Source of the DNA: Catajapyx aquilonaris
Lineage: Eukaryota
Reading direction: 5' to 3'
Assembly (NCBI GenBank): GCA_000934665.2
Contig: KZ537972.1
Location: forward strand, 1-64,000
Length of the DNA: 64,000 bases
The position numbers were made by a program, and so were the translations under genes. This document shows, in pieces, positions 26,201 through 35,782 of the stretch (positions within the stretch are counted from its first letter, which is position 1; every line of letters starts with the position of its first letter). The notes beneath the pieces were generated by a model that had not been told where the DNA came from, searched no databases, and was given only the letters and a program-made list of their open reading frames with translations.

Positions 26201-27292
26201 CACGATCCAAATCCAGATCCAAATCCAGATCCAGATCCAGGTCTAAGTCACGGTCTGCATCCAGATCCAAATCGAGGTCTAAATCAAGATCCAAGTCAAG
26301 GTCTAAATCAAGATCCAAGTCGAGGTCTGCATCCAGATCCAAGTCAAGATCCAGATCCAGGTCTAAATCGAGATCCAAGTCGCGGTCTGCATCTAGATCC
26401 AAGTCAAGATCCAAGTCCAGGTCCAAATCAGGATCCCCACCAGCATCTAAGTCGAGATCTCATTCACATTCAAGATCTCGCTCCGTCTCAGAGTCAAGAT
26501 CACTCTCTGGCTCTCGTTCTGTGTCTAAATCCCGTTCTGCCAGTCCAGTTTTACCAGGTGCAAGACGGTCGAAATCTAGGTGAGTGGAATGTTCATTTTT
26601 ATTGCCCCACAATAAGATAGTCAGTTAACGTGACAACAGCTCCATAGAGTTCTGTTTTGATTTGTAACTAATGATGCCAGATAATTTTTTAAATCACATT
26701 TTTTCCCACTCTGTAGATCTCGTACTCGGTCAAGATCCATGTCTTCGCATAGCAGTCAGAGAGGTTCAGTAAAGTCTGGAGACTCGAGAAGCCGAAGATC
26801 TTCCAGTCGGAGCTCAGTCAGTGTCAGCTCTGGATCTGGTGGCCACAGGGAGTCCCGCTCTCCTTCTCGATCTCGATCACGAAGTGGCTCCCGCAGCAGG
26901 AGCCGATCCCCAGAGAGGACTCAACCTGCACCTGGACCAAGCGTCCCACACCCTCGCAGGTCCCGCTCTAGGACCAGGTCTCGAAGTGGGTCTGTGACAT
27001 CAAACAGGAGCCATTCACCTAATAAACATGGACCAGGGCCATTCAGGTCAGTACATAATCATGCATCAAGTAAATTTTGGACATGCATTTCAATGTGTCC
27101 ATTTAAATGTAATGAACTAATAATAATCTAGAATGGATGAGTATGGTGATACAGTTTGCTATTGTGGTAAAGAAATGTTCGATCAACATATTCTTAAAAA
27201 TCTCTTACAGGGATGCGTCTCCAAGAAGCAGAAAATCTAATTTGGGGAGTGATGACAGTGAAAGAGACAGTGATGAACAATCTTTGGACTAA
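10549..27292 (+). CDS. CTR9: RNA polymerase-associated protein CTR9 homolog (PAF1 complex TPR scaffold), ~1510 aa with expanded RS/SK C-terminus
   Basis: Exons 10549-10689, 10829-11068, 11587-11855, 12108-12531, 12672-13191, 14334-14515, 18582-18762, 19113-19261, 19538-19654, 21896-22237, 24955-25418, 25488-26579, 26717-27046 and 27211-27292 (TAA) total 4533 nt, all GT-AG with consistent phase. N-terminus [19 protein letters not shown] and TPR motifs such as [30 protein letters not shown] and [22 protein letters not shown] at 28510-28515. Confidence 0.95.
13759..14251. mobile_element. MITE with 24-bp TIRs (Harbinger-like) in CTR9 intron 5
   Basis: GAGGACGTTCCTAAAAGGACCGGT ... ACCGGTCCTATTAGGAACGTCCTC (1 mismatch), flanked by TTT/TTT. 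Internal ACCGG repeats. Confidence 0.8.
14831..15126 (-). mobile_element. Full-length tRNA-derived SINE with V-domain-like core and (GTT)n tail
   Basis: Minus-strand A/B-box head, central GTGGGTTTTCTCGGGGTTCTTCAGTTTCCTCCCAC, 3' CCTATCACGGGGTA and microsatellite tail. Imperfect TSD CAATCAGTTCTCTA (14817-14830) / CAATCAATTCTATA (15127-15140). Confidence 0.8.
15331..15767. mobile_element. Tc1/mariner-type MITE with long TIRs
   Basis: TA|CAGGGTGTGTCAAAACTCTACCATAAGCCAT ... ATGGCTTATGGTAGAGTTTTGATACACCCTG|TA, with a TA TSD. Confidence 0.85.
15957..16630. mobile_element. Kolobok-like non-autonomous DNA transposon
   Basis: TTAA|AGCAACATGCCAGT ... ACTGGCATGCTGCT|TTAC. AG..CT termini at a TTAA-type target. 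Confidence 0.6.
16635..17186. mobile_element. piggyBac-like MITE, copy 1
   Basis: CCCTTAACTATGTAGGTGG ... CCACCTACGTAGTTAAGGG|TTAA. Internal repeats of GGTGGAGCCTGAG(A/C)GGCTCC and a central hairpin at ~16840-16960. Same family as 19967-20436. Confidence 0.85.
17255..17624 (-). mobile_element. tRNA-derived SINE with (ATT)n tail
   Basis: Minus-strand head GGGGAGGCGGAGTGG...GGTTCGATCCC and (TAA)n tail at ~17253-17298. Imperfect TSD TGTGTAAATCATATA (17240-17254) / TGTGAAAAACATATA (17625-17639). Confidence 0.75.
19967..20436. mobile_element. piggyBac-like MITE, copy 2
   Basis: TTAA|CCCTTAACTACGTAGGTGG ... CCACCTATGTAGTTAAGGG|TTAA with a perfect TTAA TSD. Collinear with 16635-17186. Confidence 0.88.
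20547..20890. mobile_element. Tc1/mariner-type MITE
   Basis: TA|CAGGGTGATTCAA ... TTGGATCACCCTG|TA. Confidence 0.7.
20911..21849 (+). mobile_element. Internally deleted mariner element with very long (~260 bp) inverted termini and transposase remnants
   Basis: TA|CAAGGGCAAGTCAAAAC ... GTTTTGACTCGCCCTCG|TA. Internal fragments [10 protein letters not shown] (~21185) and [27 protein letters not shown] (~21340-21420) resemble the two mariner HTH regions and are broken by stops and frameshifts. Confidence 0.85.
22820..22890 (-). mobile_element. Possible RNase H remnant of a non-LTR retrotransposon
   Basis: The minus strand gives VPGYA, then a frameshift, then NEL*HLAKEA, resembling the RNase H motif WVPGH-x-GNE-x-AD-x-LAKEA. 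Highly degenerate. Confidence 0.3.
24565..24869 (-). mobile_element. tRNA-derived SINE with A-rich tail
   Basis: Minus-strand head GCAGTGGCCAAGATGG...GGTTCAATCCC and 3' CTATATCACGGGGTA plus A-rich tail. TSD TCATCCATTACTT (24552-24564) / TCATTCATTACTT (24870-24882). Confidence 0.78.
25560..26579 (+). repeat. Coding 12-nt minisatellite (Ser-Lys-Ser-Arg) in CTR9 exon 12
   Basis: Eight perfect GATCCAAGTCAA units at 25904-25999 embedded in ~1 kb of degenerate SRSK codons. Confidence 0.9.
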
Positions 27293-28945
27293 TCATTTTT
27301 TGATATACAAGACTTTCTAATGATGAAAATTAAACGATGAGCCCTTGTGCTTTGCACTTTGCTGTGCAACAGGAAATGGACTGTTACACATACATGATAA
27401 AGTGAGTCAATTCAGAAAGCTTGCATTATTTCCAGTATGTTGTTACATTTCTCATCACCAGACCTTCACGTGGTACTTTGTTGTGTAAGAAAATGGGGGA
27501 AAAGTCGCATTTTTTGGTTGCATTTTGACCAAGAAGGTACTTTTTCTCATTGTGAATTGTGAAGGATTTCTGACGTTTGTGTAATATTTTATCCTAGAGT
27601 AGGCTGCATCATTCATGTGTGATCAGCACACTCCCAGCTTGTGGCATGCACTGTTTAAATTTAAAAAATCAGAACTGATGGTCTGCAATTTCAGATGCCA
27701 CCCATTGCATCTTCATGAGTAAGGCATTGATTGGATGAAGTATAAATTAGTATACATATGGATTAGGAGGAGGCAGTGGACTGCTGTGGTAACATACATG
27801 CCCATGGATGGAAGGGAAGGGTCCAGAGTTCAATCCCTCCATTTCATCTCATGCAGAATATATCGTGTCTAGCGTCATCTCAGAGGTCAGCACTATCAAA
27901 GTTGCTATCATTATTATTACAGTGGGACCTCTGCATGTGTAGGTTCCTCATCTGCTGCTTGAAAACATTTGCGAGGGAAGAAGCCAGAAATTTCCTAAAG
28001 GCGAAACTTGATTTTGCTGGGCATCCAGAACTACAATACAGCACCTATTTGCATATTGTAAGTTCTGGCAATGCCATATTCATCTGAAAATGCTGAAAAG
28101 GTACCTGATGAATACAGGTGTAACAGATGATTTGTATTGAAAGAATTGCACCCACTTGGCATTAAATGCACAGCCAAGAGGCCTTGTGAAATCCGAATAC
28201 ACCCTCTTTTTCAGAGCATTTTTATATTGAACTCTGTTAGCTGTATTTCAAATTACTGACTTCCGTTTTTTATGAACCTACGGACACCTTACTCATTGAT
28301 GGGTGGCTTAGATTGCAGGTCATCACTTCTTGATTTTTAACAAAGCATATGTCAGGAAGCTGAGATTATACTGATCACACACAGAATGATGCATCTTACA
28401 ACATTATCGCCTACTAAAGCAAGGACTTATTATTTCCTACCAGTGGTAGTACTCACACATGTAAGTGGGTCATTCATTATTTGGTTGTACTTGTAGAATC
28501 GTAGGTATCAATAAAGGAATTGTGAAGGAAAATAATACAAATTTGTACCCGTACTGTAGTTACTTGTAGTCTGATCTAAATAGTTTATGTTACCATGGGT
28601 GTTTTGTGTGGTTCCCAGAGGCTCCCTTCGAGGTAAACACCATCATATTAATCATTGCACGACCATGCTGCCTGAGTGATTCCGGTGCAAGAACTGGTGG
28701 CTGTAATTAGCAACAGACTTGCATGTTGCACAGGCAGTGGATCAGACCCTTTTCTTCTGTCGTAAGTTATCAGCTGTTACCCTGTAATAGAAATACTTTT
28801 CCCTGCCTCTTTACTCCATGGACACTGGACAGTACTTTTCCGTCTCCCTAGCCACCACTCTAGTTGTCAAGTCCTGTACAAAAATTATGAGGTGATCAAA
28901 ATGACATGTATGAGGTACGACATAACATTCAAGAGTTACTGCTCA

Positions 28946-29665
28946 GGAGGCGCAGTAGCAAAAATGCTGTAGGACGCATTCCGTAGGGTAATTTTTTGTG
29001 GCAAAACACGTCCTTAATCCGGGAAAACAATGTAGGTTCCCTGCGCAAAGGTTTGGCCTTGACAATGGTACCATACTCGATTCAATTTAATTAAAATTGT
29101 GGACACACAGGTGCAGACACATGTCCGATTTCGTCGTGATTTATTCACCATGTTATTCAAATGGACTTTTCGGAAATTCGTTTTCCTCTCACTTCAAAAC
29201 AACACCACCACCATCACGACATTTCCCTATAAAGGGGTAGTCAGTGATGATGGGAACCACAAGCTAACCCAAAATATAAACTAAATCCTCTCACTTCAAT
29301 TAGCCATAAAGGTCATTTCGAGGGCGGAAAAGACGAAGTAGCTCCAAATCGCCTAATATTTTTTGGTGGTGTTTCTGTGTCGATCGAACCATTTTTGAGG
29401 CCATATGGCTGTAGAAGCGTATACATGTCGAATCCTTTTGTACTGCATACATAAACATGTTTGTTGGCGTCGTCAATTGTTGTGGGAGAGACTCAAAGCT
29501 ACAGAGCGAGTCTATAAGGTTCGAACATACAGCGGGAAGTGGGGGAAGGCAATGGGGCGGGGATTGTTTAAGGAGTGACAACAATTGCTTTCTATTGTTG
29601 TCCTACAACTTTGACAGCATGCTGCAGAGCCATCTCGTTAACTGTATTTTTGCTACTGCGCCCCC
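28946..29665. mobile_element. Non-autonomous DNA transposon (Kolobok-like)
   Basis: GGAGGCGCAGTAGCAAAAAT ... ATTTTTGCTACTGCGCCCCC|TTAA terminal inverted repeats. Confidence 0.65.
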
Positions 29666-30070
29666 TTAAAAGAAGGCTGTCAACGTAAATCTCGAGTGCA
29701 GGAATGAAGGGAAGAAAATTAAACGATGCATGCAACAGGAATTAAGGAACATGAAACATTAGCTAGCAACTGCACAGTACAATCACACTGATGGAATTAA
29801 ATTATTCTACAGTAATCACTACAGCATTTATTTATTAAAGGCCAAGAAAGTGGTGAGGTTCTAATGGCACATCACAAGACATGAAAACTTGACTCGGATT
29901 GTGGTCCCATAGGCTTTTATTCTTTACACTGTATCACAACTGGTCACTACACCACTTGTTTTAACGTTGTAGTTATTATCTGGTTACGAAATGTGGGTAG
30001 TTTGGATTGACATTTCATTTACTTGTATCACATGTCATTGCAACCATTCTTTTCCATTATTATGCAGTTA

Positions 30071-31668
30071 TTACCTGGTTACAAAATGTGGGTAATTTGG
30101 ATGCCACCAGTCAAGCACTTTGAGGTTAAGTACAGGGTCCAACGTAACTTGGGTCTGGTGAGTGGTACATCTGGTGCGCAGGTATGGTGGTCCAAATCCC
30201 AGCTTGAGGCAATGGTGTCTCATGCCCTGGCTGACTCCCATTGTCACACTGGCGAGAGTCAAACCCAGGACTATCGGAACTGAGGCAAAGTCATGCCCAA
30301 TCACTTGCAACACTTTGCACCCCTGCTCCGGATTTGAGTTTACATCACCGAGCATTTCAAGCAGGTCGGGAGGATGAGGATGGTTGGAGGAGGATCTGGA
30401 GTACTTTTCCAAGGAGGACGGAAGGGGATGGTGGAGCTTGAAAAAGAAGTGCCACTGGTCCTTCACTCTCTGAAAATTGGGAAAATGATTTAATTTGGGC
30501 CACTGACTAAGAATGACCATTGTGTGCATAAAATTATAACTTACCTGATGCCACTGCATAACGCAGAAGGATCTGACCAGCAAGTATGGCTCGGCCTCAA
30601 AGCTGGTAAGAGGCTTCAGCCTCTCCATGAAGGGAGGGTAGCAGTAGAAGAGGGCTCGGACCACATGCGGCCTGAGACCACAAGGCCTCTCCATGCATTC
30701 CGGTTGAAGGCGCTCAGGTATTCCCAGCACCTTCTTGTAATACCGCTTATACATGCCATACCAGAACTTGGCCGAGTTGACCACATACAGCGTGCTCTGG
30801 CATATCAGAGCGAATCTGCACACGTCTTCCGGTCGCACGTATTCAGATAGGAGAAACCAAATATCCAGGGGGTATGCTCTGCCATCAACTTCGCCATCAG
30901 ATGGATCAGGTTTTTCAGTTGCGTGGCGACTTCTGGAGCGAGGCTTGGGATCTGCGTTTAAGAAGGGTTGCTTGTGAGATGCTTAAGATACACCACACTG
31001 ACGCTCTTACCAGCTCTTACAAGGGCCAAATCTTCTTCTTGTTCATTGCTACCATCTCGGGGCACAAAGTCAAACTCGTCCAGTTCTTTCTCGTACCAAT
31101 CTCGTGAGTCACCATCACTACACAGCTGTCTCACTGCAATAAAATTATTATGTAAGCACTGCTGTCAGGCTTTGCAGAATCTTCTGAATATGGGCTCACC
31201 CTCTCGTTCAATGGCGTTGCTGGCAGCCTTTTTTAGTCGCCCCTTCCCAGTTGGGCTGTTTGCAAAGTCATCCAGTGTAAGATCTGTGTGAAAAATCCAG
31301 GTTATATTTTTGACATTAATAATGTGCTAAATTGGTGTATCCAAGCATTGCCTAATTAACATTTTTTTGTGCACTTTTCGTTTTTCCTCCGTGGACATGA
31401 CAGCAGTATTGCTTATTGCATCATATGATTCAATGCCAACTAACATGTTGCTACATGGATATGCATCAATGTAACACCTTGCCACAACAATGATCTTCAA
31501 GTTAGTTACAGCCAAGCAAGTAAAAGCCACGTCCTTGGCAAGATGGACTCTCCCAACCAGTGCAGTGGGGGAAGGTCACCACCAAATAAACCCACCTCCA
31601 ATCACATTCTCAGCCACCGACTTGCTCTGACCCGACCTCCTCCTGCTCTTCCTATTTCCCCTCGTCAT
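30071..31668 (-). CDS. TMEM183: Transmembrane protein 183 (TMEM183, F-box-like motif), ~361 aa
   Basis: Minus-strand exons 31668-31596, 31283-31200, 31133-31011, 30951-30545 and 30469-30071 total 1086 nt in frame. Motifs GDLTLDDFANS, YPLDIWFLLSEYVRPEDVCRFALIC, PERLQPECMER and C-terminal LDPVLNLKVLDWWHPNYP. Minus-strand AATAAA at 29831-29836. Confidence 0.88.
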
Positions 31669-31759
31669 ATCCCACCCGGTCCGATCCAGCACCGCTCATG
31701 ACATGGGCTTTAAAACCACCAAAAATCTCCTGAACCATCAGCCCTCTCTACCACTGACG

Positions 31760-32050
31760 GGCGCCATCTTCTCCTCCGCCATGTTGTGTCCATGTTGTTG
31801 CACATATACGTAAAAATTCAACTGTCATAAAATGTAATTTTTATGGCATGCCGTATGTTTAATTTTAATTAATGTGTCGATATTTTTACGTTTAAATATG
31901 TGTGAATTAGGCGGGCATATTGGGTCCAGCTGGCTGTCACGTGACCAAATGTGGAAGGGGGGGGGGGGTGCTGTGACGTCACATCAAAATACGTCACTGT
32001 TCTAAAATGGTGCCCCGAATTCGGGGCATCGGGATTGAAGAGTTTGGCAG
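31760..32050. promoter_or_regulatory. Bidirectional promoter copy 1 (TMEM183 leftward; CTR9-derived gene rightward)
   Basis: YY1-like GCGCCATCTT/CCGCCAT, palindromic E-box GTCACGTGAC (31936-31945), CRE TGACGTCA (31974-31981) and AAAATGG, followed by a strong donor CAG|GTGAGT at 32050/32051. Homologous to 37871-37981. Confidence 0.65.
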
Positions 32051-32310
32051 GTGAGTGATTCCAGGCTGATTTGTGCGGGTAGAGACGCGTTTGAAGGAAG
32101 AATATGACTAAGGGAAATGTGCAGGAAGAGTTTGCGGTCAATTTGACATATTACATGACCAGCAAGTACTGAAAATGGACGTGTTTTTACTGTGACATAT
32201 TGGTGGATGGGGGCACAGGAGTTGAGAGCCTAACCAGCTTGTGAGGTATTGCAATGCTGATCATTGGATTTGTTTAGGTTGAGGAGCAGTATAATAGCGA
32301 GGGAGAGGAC

Positions 32311-34065
32311 ATGGCCCAGATGCAGGTTATCCTGCGGAAGCGAGAGGAGTTTAAGGAGGAGGAGAATGCACAGGATGATGATTTCAGCAGCGACACTACA
32401 AGTGGCTCAGATGAGAGTTCGGATGCAGTGGCAGATTCAGGACTAAATAACAAGAGGAAGAAGGGTGCGTCAGGATCGGAGGAGAGTGGGTAAGTTGGAT
32501 ATGTGGAAGCTACTAATGTACGGAAAATGAGAGAACGATCAGACGTCGCATCAAGGTTTCCATGGAAATACCGTCACAGAACAATATGAGTAAACACACC
32601 GAAGCAGGTTGGCATAGTGTATAAGGCGTCCGACTGCTAATCAGGAGGTCCTGGGTTCAAATCCCGGGGCTGGCAACTCTGACCATGGTTTTCTGTGGTT
32701 TCGTACGGTCCTTCCAGGGAAATTCTGGAGTTGCTTCCGTAATTAATAGGCCACAGCCGCTTCCTTCCGTCCCTATCCTTTCCCAAAGAGCACAGTAAAA
32801 ACGAAAGCAAAGAGTTCCAGGCAAAACAAACTTCCCCCCTACAGAGCCGATGGCTGATAACGGGGTATGAATTATTTATAATTATTATATGAGTAAACCG
32901 TAGCAACAAAAAGCAACAATGGAAGAAATGATGACGTCAGATCGTTCTCTCGTTTTCCGCGTGCGGCATGTTATTCAAGGAATATAACGATTTTGTTTCA
33001 CTTAGGGATAGCAGCGATGCAGAACATGTGACTCAGAAGAGGCCTCGTATTGCTTCTGATTCGGAGAGTGACCGATCCGACTTCTCCTCCCACTTTAATG
33101 CATCTGGGTCGGAATCCAAATCGAGATCAAGATCTCGTTCCAGGTCCTGGTCAGAGTCGGGCTCCACATTCTATTCTGAATCACGGTCCAGATCTAGGTC
33201 ACGAACAAAACCTAGGCCAAAGTCTGGCTCCAGATCAAAATCAGGATCAAAGTCTCACTTTACGTCTTGCACCCAATCTAAACCTGATTCGAGGTCTGGT
33301 TCCAGGTCCAGGTCTTCCTCAGCAGAACCCAGGATGATATTTAAATCAAGTCCAAGGTCCCGATCAACATCACCTTATGAATCTCGCTCCATGTACAGAG
33401 CTGCGTCAAGATTTTATTATAGATCCAGACGCATGTCCAAGTCACCATCCCCACTAACACTAGCAGGAATGTTGAGACATTCTCCGCCGAGATCTCGCTC
33501 TGTCTCTCAGCCAAGATCCCTGCGTTCGGGAAGCAGCCGGAGAAGTTCAATAAAACCTGGGGACTATCCAAGTCCAATATCTTCCAGTCGGAGCTCAGTC
33601 AGTGTCAGCTCTGGATCTGGTGAATTCAGGTGGTCACGGTCTCCCTCGCGGTCTCGATCACGAAGTGGCTCCCGCAGCAGGAGCCGATCCCCAGAGAGGA
33701 CTCAGCCTGCACCTGAACTGAATGACTATTATCCTCCCGTACCCAGGCCCCGCTCTAGGACCAGGTCTCGAAGTGGGTCTTTGTCATCAAACAGGAGCTT
33801 TTCACCTTTTCAATATGGAGAAGGGCCATTCAGGTCAGTACATAATCATGTATCATGTAAATTTTGGAAATGCATTTCAGTATGCCCATTTAAATGCAAT
33901 AATAATTTAGAATGCATGGTGATGCAATTTCCCATTGTGTTAAGGAGGTGCTATATCAACATATTCTTAAATATCTTTGCCAGAGATGGGTCTCCAATAA
34001 GCAGAAAATATCTTTTGGGAAGTGACGACAGTGGAAGAGACAGCGACGAACAGTCGTTGGACTAA
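32311..34065 (+). CDS. Candidate CTR9-derived RS-rich protein (~362 aa) from duplicated CTR9 terminal exons; may be a pseudogene
   Basis: Exons 32311-32489 (acceptor at 32277), 33006-33833 and 33984-34065 (TAA) total 1089 nt with no internal stop. Homologous to CTR9 exons 11-14 ([44 protein letters not shown]). 3' UTR homology extends to ~36140 with AATAAA at 36094-36099. Confidence 0.6.
32521..32959. mobile_element. MITE inserted in the intron of the CTR9 duplicate and interrupted by a SINE
   Basis: TIRs CGGAAAATGAGAGAACGATCAGACGTC / GACGTCAGATCGTTCTCTCGTTTTCCG. Absent from the homologous 69-nt CTR9 intron 25419-25487. Confidence 0.8.
32596..32886 (+). mobile_element. Full-length tRNA-derived SINE nested in the MITE
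   Basis: A box TGGCATAGTG, B box GGTTCAAATCCC, core TAGGCCACAGCCGCTTCCTTCC, 3' GATAACGGGGTA and (ATT) tail. Perfect 12-bp TSD ATATGAGTAAAC (32584-32595 / 32887-32898). Confidence 0.88.
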
Positions 34066-34726
34066 TCATTTTTCGGTATATTGGGACCTACTAATGGTGA
34101 AAAATAAATGATTAGCCCTTGTGTGTTGCACTTGCTGTGCAACATGAAATGGATTGTTAACACATACACGATGAAGCATGTATATTCAGAAGACTTACGT
34201 GTTATTTCCAGTATATTGTTACATGTCTCATCACCAGACTTCATCTGGGACTTGGTTGTGTATGAAAATATGGAAAAAGCCAGTTTTTGGTTGTATTTTG
34301 ACCATGAAGGTACATTTTTGCGTAGTGATTTGTGAAGGATTTCTGATGTTCATTCAATGTTGTATCGTATAGTAGGCTACCTCATTTAATATATGATCAG
34401 TACAGTCTCAGATTGTGGCATGCAGTGTTTCAGTTAGAAATCAGGACTGATGGCCTGCAATTTCAGATGCCACCCATTGCGTCTTCATGAGTAAAGACTT
34501 AATGGATGAAGCAAAAATAAGTGGACACATGAAATAGGGAGTCGGAGTGGCTTTGCGGTAACGAACATGGTCAAGAAAGGAAGGGTCCAGAGTTCGATCC
34601 TTCCCTTTCATATCGTGCAGAGTTTTGCTGTCTTTTTCTTTGTCTGACGTGGGATTTCTTTGAGACTAACCCGCCTGGGACAATAGCACCAAATGATTCA
34701 AACTAACTTTGCACCTGCACATTGTA

Positions 34727-34886
34727 CAGTGTTGGACATTAATAGTGTCATACTGCTAGTGACGTTTTTCGAAGTGGCAGAAGAAGGCATCTTGCTCGCA
34801 CGGCTTTTTCTCCATTGCTTCAATTCGTTTTTCTGCCGCTTCGGAAAATGTCGCTAGCAGTACGACGCGATTAATGTCCAAAACTG
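34727..34886. mobile_element. Foldback MITE (Tc1/pogo-like)
   Basis: TA|CAGTGTTGGACATTAAT ... ATTAATGTCCAAAACTG|TA, with ~60-bp inverted arms. Confidence 0.75.
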
Positions 34887-35599
34887 TACCACCCCTTCCG
34901 ATTCAGCTCTAAAAATCAGGACGTTTCCAAAAGCAAATATTTAATTTGCTCTGTGCCAAACACTACAATACAATGTAACAATTTACGAAGCACTTGTATA
35001 TTATTAGGTATGTAATCAGGAGATCGTTTAAACTTTAAAGCATATGGGTGTATGGGCTATATGGATAACCATTACCATTATATGTAAGGGACTTGAGCAT
35101 CCACAGATTTTTGGACATTTATGTTTGTTTAATTGGGAAGTAACCAAAGCAATTATGGCTATCTGGCTATTAGAGCATACATAAATGGGGCAGATGGAGA
35201 GAGAAAGTAAGAGAAAAAACATAACAGGGAAGACTGTGGCATCTCTCTTGGTCTCTTCAAAAGCCTGTCCAGCTTGGCAGACCTTGCCAGTAGACTAGGC
35301 TACCTCTGACATAGCTCTTGGGGTCATGGGAGAAACACAAGTGCCACCCATAACAGGAAGGTGGAGATACATAAGGGAGAACAGGACATTTGTGAAGTTT
35401 GACAATTTTTTGAGGGGGAACAAGAGTAAGTGACTACTGATGAAAGTGCTTGGGAGGCAGTGGCATAAAATCCATCTGAAGATGCTGCTATGTTGCATCA
35501 ATAGTGAAATACTATTGGTTTAGGAGAAAATTCTTAAATGGAAAGCATTGCACTGGGCAATAAATGCGTAGCCAAGAGAGCACAAGTGTGAAGTCCTAA

Positions 35600-35782
35600 G
35601 ACCCTCCACAAACGAGGGGATTCGGGAGGGATAAGTTGCCCATGAATCCACTCGGAAAAGCATACAACGCATGTGCCAGGAGCATGTCCATATTTCTTAC
35701 ATGCTTCAACCTGAGGAAATCTGAACACTCAGGCAGGGGCCGGCAACTTTTCCCTCTCGCATCCCCTCGTTTGCGGCGGGCC
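35600..35782. mobile_element. PIF/Harbinger-type MITE
   Basis: TAA|GACCCTCCACAAACGAGGGGATTCGGGAGGGA ... TCCCTCTCGCATCCCCTCGTTTGCGGCGGGCC|TAA, with a TAA TSD. Confidence 0.78.

Noticed and set aside
24993..26426. 477-aa minus-strand ORF of (DL)n and 362-aa +1-frame ORF of (QDPS)n at 25532-26620
   Set aside because: Shadow frames of the SRSK-coding 12-nt repeat in CTR9, which happens to lack stops in these frames. Only the SR frame is joined by in-phase splice sites.
30470..30544. The 255-aa ORF 30071-30838 as a single TMEM183 exon
   Set aside because: It contains a 75-nt in-frame GT-AG intron (GTAAGT...TTTCAG), and the true start lies upstream at 31668.
32007..32446. Upstream ATG (32007) as the start of the CTR9-derived gene
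   Set aside because: Splicing 32050 to 32278 puts it out of frame with the CTR9-homologous frame and it stops at 32446. At most a uORF, and AAAATGG is likely a promoter motif.
32603..32670. tRNA-like sequences here and at ~1583-1645, 15050-15125, 17550-17624 and 24790-24869
   Set aside because: A/B boxes are present but there is no complete cloverleaf. Most continue into SINE bodies with tails and TSDs, so they are SINE heads, not tRNA genes.
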